DNA of 56,014 nt from Alphaproteobacteria bacterium (lineage in GTDB: Bacteria; Pseudomonadota; Alphaproteobacteria; Rs-D84): assembly GCA_017960855.1 (NCBI GenBank), contig JAGCYJ010000004.1:1-56014 (forward strand). Direction: 5' to 3'. Every line of letters begins with the position of its first letter. The first letter of the stretch is position 1. Positions 38,247-47,083 of the stretch are shown in pieces. The position numbers and the translations under genes were made by a program. Under the pieces are notes generated by a model. That model was not told the DNA's origin and did no database searches. It saw only the letters and a program-made list of their open reading frames with translations.

Positions 38247-38909
38247 TTAGAAACCCTTTGGTGTTTCCATTTTGATTTTGGACACTTTTGTATCCAACGC
38301 AGAAACAACTTCGTCTGTGATATCCAAGTTTTCAACACCGGCACCCATACGTGCGAAACGGCCATCAATTACCAAAGACAAATTCTTTTTAGCAATGATT
38401 CCTTCAATAACAGGATCCAAGTGTTTTGTTTGGATTTCAGCCAATGCTTTTTGGAAAGACGCTTCAATGCTTTGTGCGCGTTCGTTCAAATCACGTTGCA
38501 ATTTTGTCACGCGGTTTTGATAGTCAACGACACGACGTTGCAACGCATCACGCGACAGAACATCTTGGGACTTTTCAATTTCGGCTTTTTCTTTTTCCAA
38601 TTTTTTCTGTTCAGCGGTCAATTCATCACGCAATCTTGTTTCGAATGATTCACGTTGTTTACGCAAATCTTGCAAAACGCGTGCGCCAGATTGAATTGCG
38701 TCCATACGGACAACTGCCATACGCAAATCGGCACCGGTCACGGCCTCGGCGGAAACGTTTTCAATCGCTTTATCCACAGACACTGTACCACGACCACTGA
38801 GTGCGGACACCGCCCAAACACCCAAAATCGCAACCACCACGACAATAGCCGCAATGATACCTGTTTTTGCATACTTTTTAGTTGCTGAGTTTTCTTTTGT
38901 TTGTACCAT
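38247..38909 (-). CDS. skp: Skp/OmpH-family periplasmic chaperone
   Basis: N-terminal TM/signal anchor and a long coiled-coil region (LRKQRESFETRLRDELTAEQKKLEKEKAEIEKSQ...). It sits upstream of lpxD-fabZ, which is conserved synteny. Confidence 0.7.
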   Translation of the reverse strand: MVQTKENSATKKYAKTGIIAAIVVVVAILGVWAVSALSGRGTVSVDKAIENVSAEAVTGADLRMAVVRMDAIQSGARVLQDLRKQRESFETRLRDELTAEQKKLEKEKAEIEKSQDVLSRDALQRRVVDYQNRVTKLQRDLNERAQSIEASFQKALAEIQTKHLDPVIEGIIAKKNLSLVIDGRFARMGAGVENLDITDEVVSALDTKVSKIKMETPKGF

Positions 38910-38983
38910 TTTCTTTCCTTTGTTTTTGTTCGAACTTACAATAGCAACAAAAAAAATAAAAATAAAGGGGAAAATTGACCGTT

Positions 38984-39676
38984 TTAACGCACCGGCGAAA
39001 TACGGATTTCAACGCGACGATTGGTCAGCCGGCCAATGTCATCCTGGGCGGCGATGGGACGTGCCGCACCACGACCAACCACAAATAACCGCTGGGGAAT
39101 AATTCCGTGTTGGGTCAGACATACCGCAGTGCGTGATGCCATGTCGCCAGATAATGCCGCTGCTGCACGTGTGTCGCGCATTGCGTCGGTATAGCCGGCA
39201 ACTTCTATGAAGGTTGCGTCGTATTTTTTCAATATCTTTGAAATTGTTTTTAATGTATCCGCCCCATCTGCTGAAATATCGGCGATGTTTAATTCCATTA
39301 TTGCGTCGCGCACTAAAATAACAACGACATCTGTGCCGGCACGCTGGACAGAAATGCCGGGCTTGCGTAAAGCATCATACAGTGCGAATTCCAATTCGGA
39401 CATATAAGCCACCGCCAATGCGTTGTCATTTGTTGTTTTGTCGCCATATTCTGATTTTGCGTTTGGTTCAGCGGTTTGACTAATTGTTCGACCACCTGCA
39501 CCCAAAAGTACAGGTTTCTTTGCGACACGTGATGTTTCGGTCATATCACCAAAACTGGCACCACGCAGATAGTTTGGCCATGTGCTGCGTTCTGGACTGT
39601 GATAAGTTGCACACCCAATCAGTGTGGCACAAATGAATACTGAAAAAACGCAAATAAATTTTTTCAATTTATTCAA
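38984..39676 (-). CDS. OmpA/MotB-C-domain lipoprotein
   Basis: Lipobox LIGC and a C-terminal OmpA-like domain (FIEVAGYTDAMRDTRAAAALSGDMASRTAVCL...GRLTNRRVEIRI). Its start overlaps the end of the upstream pilin gene by 8 nt. Confidence 0.7.
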   Translation of the reverse strand: MNKLKKFICVFSVFICATLIGCATYHSPERSTWPNYLRGASFGDMTETSRVAKKPVLLGAGGRTISQTAEPNAKSEYGDKTTNDNALAVAYMSELEFALYDALRKPGISVQRAGTDVVVILVRDAIMELNIADISADGADTLKTISKILKKYDATFIEVAGYTDAMRDTRAAAALSGDMASRTAVCLTQHGIIPQRLFVVGRGAARPIAAQDDIGRLTNRRVEIRISPVR

Positions 39677-40127
39677 CTATGAATGAAACTTGGTTTGTAT
39701 TTGTTGAAAAGCAACCCGATGTATTATTGGGTTCTTGACCGTTGATTAAAACGGCCGTTGCCCATTCTTGCTTTTTAACCGCAAAATATTCGCATTCGCC
39801 TGATGACAACCCGTTCAAACTAATGATGAAAGATTTTTCATCAAAACTTGGTGATACAGACCAATCATCGCTGCCGATTGGTGCCTTGGCAGATTTTAAT
39901 GCGCCCGCCTTTATCAAATATTCAACCGAAATGCCAGCATATGAATTGCGTGGTCCAGCAAGCAGTTTTACATTTTTTGCCAGTTGTTCTAGTTCGGTGG
40001 ACACTAAACTGCGTGTTTGACTTGCGCGGATTTGACCGTACATTTTAACAGCCGCCACAGAAATAATTGTGCCGATTGCCAACACCCCGATGATTTCTAT
40101 CAAGGAACGACCAGATTCTTGTTTCAT
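39669..40127 (-). CDS. Type IV pilin / pseudopilin-like protein (152 aa precursor)
   Basis: Class III leader MKQESG|RSLIEIIGVLAIGTIISVAAV with Glu at +5, a hydrophobic alpha1 helix, and a C-terminal Cys pair (SGECEY...SGCFS). SD gggggg lies upstream of the ATG at 40127, 20 nt after the dnaX stop. Confidence 0.65.
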   Translation of the reverse strand: MKQESGRSLIEIIGVLAIGTIISVAAVKMYGQIRASQTRSLVSTELEQLAKNVKLLAGPRNSYAGISVEYLIKAGALKSAKAPIGSDDWSVSPSFDEKSFIISLNGLSSGECEYFAVKKQEWATAVLINGQEPNNTSGCFSTNTNQVSFIVE

Positions 40128-40146
40128 GATTCCCCCCGTGTTTTTA

Positions 40147-41676
40147 TTATTTTGTTGAACCGACGATTTCGGCACCTTCAAACAAACTCATTGCGTCCGC
40201 AATAAGTGGATCTGATTTTAATTCTTCGCGTTTCTGTTCAGACACAGTTTGGACATGTTCAGATTTTTCTTCGCGAACCAATGTCCATGTATGTCCAGTT
40301 TTATCGTTTAACCACATCAATAATTTGTGTTCAAAGTCGGTATCTGTACCGCGGTCAAAATATGTTATTTTGCCGTCTGAAAAATCAGAAACTTCTATAT
40401 TGTTGGTATAGTATGAATACAGCAAGATTTCCTTGGCTGACTGTAATTCGGTTGCCAACTGTGCCGCCGTTGAAACAATTATATTTTTAGGTGTGCTTGG
40501 CGCGGGCTTTGCAACTGGCGCGACTGGTGCCGTTGGCTGCTTCTTGATTATTTCTGCAACCGAAGGCATTTCGGCAATATGCATCATGCGCACAATCAGC
40601 ATATCAAAACACTGTTTTGGATTTCCGGTTGCCTGCATTTCAGGAACAGATGCAACCATAACTTGCCATAATCTTGAAAGCGTATTCAATGTTATATGTG
40701 AATCAATTTCGCGAATCTTGGTGCGCTGGTCCGCGGTATATGGTGCATTTACAACATCGCCCATGCGAACAGACGGGTGCATACGTGTTGCCCAATGTGT
40801 CCATTCCATCATATCGGTAAGCAGCATAGATAAATCGGCACCGTTGTTGTAAATACTATCAATCTTTTCCAATGCGGTTGCGGTATCGCCACTTAAGACG
40901 GTTTCCATAACGTCCATCACGACACCGCGGTCGGCGCGCTTTAACATATTTAACACAGATGCTTCATCAACATGGCCACCGGTTTGTGCAATCGCTTGGT
41001 CCAGCAGAGACAGACCATCACGCACGGAACCATCGGCTGCACGCGCCAGCAATTCGTTTGCGCCATCGGACAATTCAATTTTTTCTTGTTCTGCAATCCA
41101 TGCAAAGTGCTTCTTTAAAATATCAACAGGAACACGAACCAAATCAAAACGTTGGCAACGCGACAAAATGGTGACTGGCACCTTACGAATTTCGGTGGTT
41201 GCCAGAATAAATATGACATGTGCTGGTGGTTCTTCTAGTGTTTTAAGCAACGCATTAAATGCGCTTTGCGACAACATGTGAACTTCGTCGATAATATAAA
41301 CCTTGTAGCGACCATTCGTTGGACGATATTGAACCGCATCCAATATTTCACGCATATTATCAACACCCGTATGAGATGCAGCGTCAATTTCCAAAACATC
41401 AATGTGTTGCCCCGCTGCAATCGCACGACAGTTTTCACAAACCCCGCATGGTGTTGCGGTTGGTCGGTCTGATGATAGGCAGTTTAACGCCTTGGCCAAA
41501 ATACGTGCCGTACTGGTTTTACCGGTACCGCGAATGCCCGTGAAAATATAGGCATGTGCAATACGCCCCGTGTTTATTGCGGTGGTAAGTGTTTTTACCA
41601 AAACATCTTGTCCAATAAGGGATTGAAAATCTTGACTGCGGTATTTTCGGGCTAAAACTGTATAACTGGTATCCAT
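40147..41676 (-). CDS. dnaX: DNA polymerase III subunit tau/gamma
   Basis: LARKYRSQDFQSLIGQD...HAYIFTGIRGTGKTSTARILAKALNC...CGVCENC...IDEVHMLS...TLEEPP...SRCQRFDL. Confidence 0.9.
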   Translation of the reverse strand: MDTSYTVLARKYRSQDFQSLIGQDVLVKTLTTAINTGRIAHAYIFTGIRGTGKTSTARILAKALNCLSSDRPTATPCGVCENCRAIAAGQHIDVLEIDAASHTGVDNMREILDAVQYRPTNGRYKVYIIDEVHMLSQSAFNALLKTLEEPPAHVIFILATTEIRKVPVTILSRCQRFDLVRVPVDILKKHFAWIAEQEKIELSDGANELLARAADGSVRDGLSLLDQAIAQTGGHVDEASVLNMLKRADRGVVMDVMETVLSGDTATALEKIDSIYNNGADLSMLLTDMMEWTHWATRMHPSVRMGDVVNAPYTADQRTKIREIDSHITLNTLSRLWQVMVASVPEMQATGNPKQCFDMLIVRMMHIAEMPSVAEIIKKQPTAPVAPVAKPAPSTPKNIIVSTAAQLATELQSAKEILLYSYYTNNIEVSDFSDGKITYFDRGTDTDFEHKLLMWLNDKTGHTWTLVREEKSEHVQTVSEQKREELKSDPLIADAMSLFEGAEIVGSTK

Positions 41677-41750
41677 GCTAAAACTTCCTTTTGGGAAAAG
41701 CATAGCAAACCGCATTCAAATTTCAACAACAAATATATCGCGTAAAACGA

Positions 41751-42047
41751 TTATTTAAGGTTTTCAATAAAGTCCGGTAATGGAATTTCTTCGTCTTCGG
41801 AAGAATCAACAGATTCCGGTGGAACATCTGGGATTTTGTCATTTGCACCACGCGAAGAATCAATCTTTTCTTGTTCGGCGTTTACAATACGACCATAGTG
41901 TTCAGCCGCTTGCAACAAGCGTTCGCGTTCAATTTCGTCAGATGTCTGACGCGCTTGGTCAATATATTGTTTTCTTTTCTGGCGCCATTTATGACAGCGC
42001 TGGATCATTTGCCCAACATTAGACGTTTGATTTTTTTTGTTTTGCAT
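41751..42047 (-). CDS. Small basic/acidic protein, DUF4167-like
   Basis: 98 aa. RQKRKQYIDQARQTSDEIERERLLQAAEHYGRIVN resembles the conserved alphaproteobacterial DUF4167 core, followed by an acidic tail. Confidence 0.35.
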   Translation of the reverse strand: MQNKKNQTSNVGQMIQRCHKWRQKRKQYIDQARQTSDEIERERLLQAAEHYGRIVNAEQEKIDSSRGANDKIPDVPPESVDSSEDEEIPLPDFIENLK

Positions 42048-42140
42048 GTTCTTTCTTTTTATACAAGGAAAACATTATTGCGGATTTTTACCATCGTCCG
42101 CGCTCTAAACATATCCAATATTAGTGTATCTTAAAACTGA

Positions 42141-42169
42141 TTGCAATATTTTTTTTCAATTGCTATTCT
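42141..42169 (+). promoter_or_regulatory. Sigma70-like promoter of the giant-pilin operon (TTGCAA-17 nt-TATTCT)
   Basis: TTGCAA at 42141-42146 and TATTCT at 42164-42169, followed by SD taggaggg (42178-42185) and TTG at 42192. Confidence 0.4.
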
Positions 42170-42191
42170 GACGGGTGTAGGAGGGAATCTT

Positions 42192-43550
42192 TTGCGAACG
42201 GAACGCGGGAACTTTTTATTACAAGCGTTATTGGCGCTGACGTTGCTGTTCGCGTTCATTCCCTTTATTGCGACAAAACTTTTGGGGCGCGAAAATGATG
42301 CTATGATGTATTCTACAACGCGTCAAATTGATAATGCGACAACCGCGGCGCGTATATATGTTCGTGAAAATGCGAATAATTTACCGTATGAACGCACAAT
42401 ACTTTCGGGTAATTCTTTTTCCGATACGCTGGAAGCATATGGTTTGCCGTTGGGTTTTGTTCCAAAAACAGCACTGGGACAGGATATCTCGCTTGTTATC
42501 GATAAAGATACAGAATCTGTTTCGGCTTATTTGGAATTAAAGGGTGGAAAACTAAATAGGCTGAAACGGGCTGAATTGGTGCGTCGTATCGGTTTTTATG
42601 CAGCGGATGCTGGCGATGAAACGGTACATGTTGGAATTGTTTTAGACGATATGTATTCTGATGTTGTGCGTCGCAATGAAACAAATGTTGATGCGGGCGC
42701 ATTTTTGGTTGATTTGGATATGGGCGGTTTTGAATTGTCTGGTGCGGGGCGTATTTCAACGCGCCGTGGCGAATTTGATGGTGCGGAAATTGGGTTGCTT
42801 ACCATAAATGGTGTAGAAGCGGGACGCAAGGTACGAAACAATATTTCTGTTATGGTTGCGGATAAAACAATATTTCAATCACAGACAGGTGAAAGCGCGC
42901 TTACATTGACACGTGGTTCGTTGATTGTGGGTGGCATAAATGGAAAAACGATATCGGCTTATGGTGATACGGGGAACATAACAACGAACAATGCAGCGGT
43001 TTATAATTTTTCTATGACGGCTGGGCGAACTGGGTTCAGTGGACCGCCGAAATGGAATATTCATGGTGATGTTGTCACCAGTAAAATAAATTTTAATGTA
43101 GAAAGATTGGATGTTAGTTCGTTTATAAATGTCGCGCGCGGTCAAGATGCGTATATTGAATCTGACGAGATAGAATACAGCAGCAGCAGCGGTATTGACA
43201 CAAATGTAATTCATACATCAAACATAACGTTACGCGACCAGACATCTGATGCTTTGTCGCGTGGCGGTTCGGGCGCGGTGGTGTTGGATATTCGTCCGGC
43301 GGGAACATCTTTGTTGCCCGATGCGCTGGTTTCAACGATTGATAATGGAACATTTGAGATACTTGCAAAACCATCAGATAGTGGTGCAAATACGGTTGAT
43401 TGCAAAACGATAATTTCGTCATTACAGGGTGTTTATAATCAACATTCTTTGTCGCAATATCTGATATGCCAGTATGTTTATTGGCAACGGTTGGAAAAAA
43501 GAATAGATATTAAACAATGTTTATTGGCAGGAAGAAGTGGCTGTATTTAA
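42192..43550 (+). CDS. Giant pilin-like protein A (452 aa), prepilin-type N-terminus lacking Glu5
   Basis: A TTG start 6 nt after aggaggg gives MRTERG|NFLLQALLALTLLFAFIPFI (Gln at +5). The internal motif FLVDLDMGGFELSGAG is shared with the next two genes. The C-terminus is Cys-containing. Confidence 0.55.
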   Translation: MRTERGNFLLQALLALTLLFAFIPFIATKLLGRENDAMMYSTTRQIDNATTAARIYVRENANNLPYERTILSGNSFSDTLEAYGLPLGFVPKTALGQDISLVIDKDTESVSAYLELKGGKLNRLKRAELVRRIGFYAADAGDETVHVGIVLDDMYSDVVRRNETNVDAGAFLVDLDMGGFELSGAGRISTRRGEFDGAEIGLLTINGVEAGRKVRNNISVMVADKTIFQSQTGESALTLTRGSLIVGGINGKTISAYGDTGNITTNNAAVYNFSMTAGRTGFSGPPKWNIHGDVVTSKINFNVERLDVSSFINVARGQDAYIESDEIEYSSSSGIDTNVIHTSNITLRDQTSDALSRGGSGAVVLDIRPAGTSLLPDALVSTIDNGTFEILAKPSDSGANTVDCKTIISSLQGVYNQHSLSQYLICQYVYWQRLEKRIDIKQCLLAGRSGCI

Positions 43551-44760
43551 AACAAAAATTTTTGATGAAACAAATCGTGGTGCCAGTGTGCTTGAGGTCA
43601 TATTGTCTATGGCCATTGTCGCCATGGCTGCGCCACTGGTTTATTCACAGATATCTGAAACAAATCGCAATATTCGTGATATGGCAACTGCGCATAATAT
43701 AACAGAATTGCGGGGTGGCGTGTTAAACTTTATTCGTTTGAACCAAGACGAATGGCCAGATGTTGCACAAATTCGTATGACTGATGAAGAATTGGAAATA
43801 ATTTCCGAAGGTGCGCATGCGGGCTTTATAGATAAATACGGTACACACGGAACAACAATTACGGATGTGTATTTGGCATTTAACATAGATTCACCGATGT
43901 TGCGTGTTGCAAATATTGCACATCATATTGGTGAAGATGCTGCTATTGTTGGTGCGGATGGCATCGCATATGGTCGTACATGGGCGGTTAGTGCGCCGGA
44001 ATTTAATCAGGGTGATTTGATATACCGCATATCACGCAGTACGTTTGGTGAAGATAACACTAAATATTTACATCGTGGCACATCAGGCGATGATGATTTA
44101 AATGTTATGCATCGCGATTTGAATATGGGCGGAAATGACATGTTAAGTGTTGGTGGTGTTTCGGCGGCCGCAGTACGAATCCAAGATGCAACGGCGACAT
44201 TTGTTAAAAGTGAAGATTTGGTTGCGCAATCAATATATTTTTCCAATGGCGCAAATTTGACGGGTGGTGATGTATCTATTGATTCTTTGCGTGTGACTGG
44301 TGATATTATCGGGTTTAGAAATATATATGCCGATAACTTAAATGGGGCAAATTATACGACATCTGGTCGAATTATTACCGATCGTGCAACCGTGACTAAT
44401 TCTGTAAATGTCGGACGAGAGTTTGTGTTGAAATCTGATTCTGCCCGTACAATAAGTGGTTTCACCGGTATTAAATCAGGTTCTGTTTATACGTCATATT
44501 TGACAACAGACGAAATTATATTTTACGAAGATTTTGGACTTACCGTATCTGGCGAATTGATGGTATCAACTAATAACAAACCGTTAAAATTGGGTAATTG
44601 GTCGTTCCCATCAACAACGCCACCTACTTTTTCTGTACTGAATCTGACACGCGCAACAACACCAAAGATGCCAAGTAAATCAGAATTTGGTGTTTTGATG
44701 ACAAGCGATTGGCAAACATATGTTCCGCCACAAGCAGTTGGGGGGCCAAATGAGTTTTAA
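43537..44760 (+). CDS. Giant pilin-like protein B (407 aa), prepilin-type N-terminus with Glu5
   Basis: A GTG start gives MAVFKTKIFDETNRG|ASVLEVILSMAIVAMAAPLV. The internal motif KYLHRGTSGDDDLNVMHRDLNMGGNDMLSVGG is PilV/shufflon-N-like. It overlaps gene A by 14 nt. Confidence 0.6.
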   Translation: MAVFKTKIFDETNRGASVLEVILSMAIVAMAAPLVYSQISETNRNIRDMATAHNITELRGGVLNFIRLNQDEWPDVAQIRMTDEELEIISEGAHAGFIDKYGTHGTTITDVYLAFNIDSPMLRVANIAHHIGEDAAIVGADGIAYGRTWAVSAPEFNQGDLIYRISRSTFGEDNTKYLHRGTSGDDDLNVMHRDLNMGGNDMLSVGGVSAAAVRIQDATATFVKSEDLVAQSIYFSNGANLTGGDVSIDSLRVTGDIIGFRNIYADNLNGANYTTSGRIITDRATVTNSVNVGREFVLKSDSARTISGFTGIKSGSVYTSYLTTDEIIFYEDFGLTVSGELMVSTNNKPLKLGNWSFPSTTPPTFSVLNLTRATTPKMPSKSEFGVLMTSDWQTYVPPQAVGGPNEF

Positions 44761-44782
44761 TTGTCGTATCTTTTCAAATCGT

Positions 44783-46066
44783 ATGTCGCAGCATGGTGGT
44801 ATGCTGGTTGAATTGTTGATGAGTGTCGCGATTGTTGCGGTTGTTTTGCCGTTCTTGTTCCGGTACCAAGAAGATTCAATAATGCGTGTTGAAAATATTG
44901 CTGTGGCGCGTCAAATGCAAGATGTGCAAAGTGCACTGGAACGTTATATTATAACGAACCGCGATAAATTGCTGACGGTTGCGGGTAAATCTATAAAACG
45001 CGTTGATATTGACGAATTGTTGCCGTATGGGATTCCGGAAAGTATAGCAGAAGATCATTCAGATAAATACCAGTTGCGTATATTGAAATCGTCTGATGCC
45101 ACGGGGCAGGCAACGCTTCAAGGTGTTGTTATTATGAACGATGATTCAATATCACCAATGCGTACGCGTGAAATAGTTGCGGTTGGTGGCAGTGATATGG
45201 GATTTGTCGAAGGAACACATGCATACGGAACATTTGGTGCGTGGCACGCGGATACAATTGATTTAGGTATAGAAGCAACCAATGGCATTGTTGGAACGAC
45301 GGAGGTAAATCGTGATAATGCGTTATACCTGTGGCGTGTTCCATCAGAAGATTCGTCAGATGCAACAATGTTGAGTGCGTTAAGTTTGGGCGGGCATGAC
45401 ATAGTAAATGTTTCAAAATTGAGTACTGTGGCCGCTGGATTTGATGAAACTTTGCAATCTATCAGTGTTGCTGCGGACAAGGTTGTTTTTACCAGTCGTA
45501 CTACTATTGACAGTGCGTTTGAAACCAAAAACGCGACCTGTGTTGGTTCGTTGTCTGCTGATGCTAAAACAATGGAAGTTGCCGGTGCATTAACATTGTC
45601 TGATTTGGGAAAGTTTTCCAGTTTTAATACCGCGAATTTGTGGGTGACCAACTTGGAATTATCTGGTGTTTCCATCGCGGACACAAGCAAAGTGACCGTT
45701 TTAGATATCAATCAAGCATTGGATATGACGGGTGGGCGTATAAGTGCATTATTTACGACTGTGAGTTTCGCGGGGTCTATTACACCGCGCTTGGTTGTTC
45801 ATAACAGAATAGAAGATTCTGTTCAATCTGGTTTTTATTGGGATTTTAAAAGCAATGCCGCAAACTTTGCTGATCTTTCATTGGTGGAATTAAATCGTAT
45901 GGCTACATTGGCGACCAAGAAAGAGGGCAACTCTTCTACTGTCACGACACAGGTTTTTGGTGCCGTTGTCGCAAACCCAAATGCAACCGCGGCTGATTTT
46001 ATGAACGCAATAAACGAAATCCAAACAAAAGTGCGTGCGAAATATCGCCTGTTGAATTTGGAATAA
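44783..46066 (+). CDS. Giant pilin-like protein C (about 427 aa), prepilin-type N-terminus with Glu5
   Basis: MSQHG|GMLVELLMSVAIVAVVLPFLF. The internal motif is ALYLWRVPSEDSSDATMLSALSLGGHDIVNVSKL. An alternative start at 44750 overlaps the stop of gene B. Confidence 0.6.
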   Translation: MSQHGGMLVELLMSVAIVAVVLPFLFRYQEDSIMRVENIAVARQMQDVQSALERYIITNRDKLLTVAGKSIKRVDIDELLPYGIPESIAEDHSDKYQLRILKSSDATGQATLQGVVIMNDDSISPMRTREIVAVGGSDMGFVEGTHAYGTFGAWHADTIDLGIEATNGIVGTTEVNRDNALYLWRVPSEDSSDATMLSALSLGGHDIVNVSKLSTVAAGFDETLQSISVAADKVVFTSRTTIDSAFETKNATCVGSLSADAKTMEVAGALTLSDLGKFSSFNTANLWVTNLELSGVSIADTSKVTVLDINQALDMTGGRISALFTTVSFAGSITPRLVVHNRIEDSVQSGFYWDFKSNAANFADLSLVELNRMATLATKKEGNSSTVTTQVFGAVVANPNATAADFMNAINEIQTKVRAKYRLLNLE

Positions 46067-46086
46067 ATTATGGTATAAATGAAATC

Positions 46087-46596
46087 ATGAAAATAAAATG
46101 CGATTTTTGTAAGACAGAATATTCGGTGGATAAATCACCGACTACACCGGTAAAGTGTGCGGTTTGTGGTCATGTTTGGACCGCAACAACCCCGACACAT
46201 CGTGGTGCGTGGATGATGTTTATTGCGTCCCTGTGTGCGTTATTGTCGGCGGCGGTTTTTGCAACTGCCGTAATTGTGCGTTCAAAGATAGAAAATGCGA
46301 ACAAACAACCGATTGTTGCGCAACTTACAGAAATTAAAACAGTTACTGATGATAACGGTGTTCCACGGTTTTCTGTTCGTGGCGCGATTATAAACCAATC
46401 AACAGAAATATATGGCGTGCCTGATTTGGTGGTTGTTTCACGTGATGCGTCGGGGCGTGAAATTGCGCGTCAAAAGTTTATGCCATCGGCAACATTAGTG
46501 GAAGCAGGTGCATCTGTTGAATTTTATCATGTTTTAAGTACTGCGACCGATGGGGTAAAAAAGATAACTGTTGAATTACAAACGGGGGATAAGTAA
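46087..46596 (+). CDS. ZitP-like protein: MJ0042-type zinc ribbon + TM + DUF3426-like domain
   Basis: MKIKCDFCKTEYSVDKSPTTPVKCAVCGHVWTA (CxxC...CxxC), TM MMFIASLCALLSAAVFATAVIV, and a C-terminal beta-rich domain. Confidence 0.6.
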   Translation: MKIKCDFCKTEYSVDKSPTTPVKCAVCGHVWTATTPTHRGAWMMFIASLCALLSAAVFATAVIVRSKIENANKQPIVAQLTEIKTVTDDNGVPRFSVRGAIINQSTEIYGVPDLVVVSRDASGREIARQKFMPSATLVEAGASVEFYHVLSTATDGVKKITVELQTGDK

Positions 46597-47075
46597 TGAA
46601 AAAGTTTTTAGCCACTTTGGGTATTGTGTTATGTACATTTGGTGCATCTTTTGCCGATACAACGCCACCACCACCGGCACTGGTTCGTAGGGTTAGTATT
46701 TTTTCAACCAGTACTGATTGGCAGGCGATAACAGGTTTGCTTTTGAACGAATACCGCGGAAGTTTTAAGCCAGATTCTAAACTTATTGGAACCAAAGGGT
46801 TGGAACTGTATTATTTGGACGGTTTCCCATGCTATGGTTTGGGTGAAGGTGTTCGTGTTTGGTTGGGACCAAATAACAAGCATGATGGGGAATTGCGTAT
46901 CGCTTGTGTCTATGCGCCGGAAACAATAAACTTTTCATGGCGAAATGCCACCCGTGATGCTGATGATGGTACGGGTACTGGTTTGATTACATGCCCAGTT
47001 GATGCCGATGGTCGCGATTTGACGATTGATTTATCAAAGTGCGACAAGGGCAAAGATTGGGACGAATATAGATAG
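46596..47075 (+). CDS. Small secreted hypothetical protein (159 aa)
   Basis: Signal peptide MKKFLATLGIVLCTFGASFA, a PPPP stretch and several Cys. Its start overlaps the preceding stop (TAATG). Confidence 0.5.
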   Translation: MKKFLATLGIVLCTFGASFADTTPPPPALVRRVSIFSTSTDWQAITGLLLNEYRGSFKPDSKLIGTKGLELYYLDGFPCYGLGEGVRVWLGPNNKHDGELRIACVYAPETINFSWRNATRDADDGTGTGLITCPVDADGRDLTIDLSKCDKGKDWDEYR

Positions 47076-47083
47076 GTTTTGTT

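Noticed and set aside
41075-41090. A-run (GAA AAA ATT) in dnaX as a possible tau/gamma -1 frameshift site
   Set aside because: In the dnaX reading frame it does not form an X XXY YYZ heptamer. It lies far too early (about residue 200), and there is no downstream stem-loop. Gamma production by frameshifting is not supported here.
41677-42140. Looked for SRP (4.5S) RNA, which often sits upstream of dnaX
   Set aside because: Neither spacer has the conserved GGAAG/GNAR-loop domain IV-like sequence. The region is occupied by a small DUF4167-like ORF and AT-rich promoter DNA.
42141-42191. TTG start at 42141 for pilin-like protein A, as given in the ORF track
   Set aside because: That TTG is the -35 hexamer (TTGCAA) of a good promoter. 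A strong SD (aggaggg) precedes the in-frame TTG at 42192, which also places the G|NFLLQ prepilin-like motif at the N-terminus.
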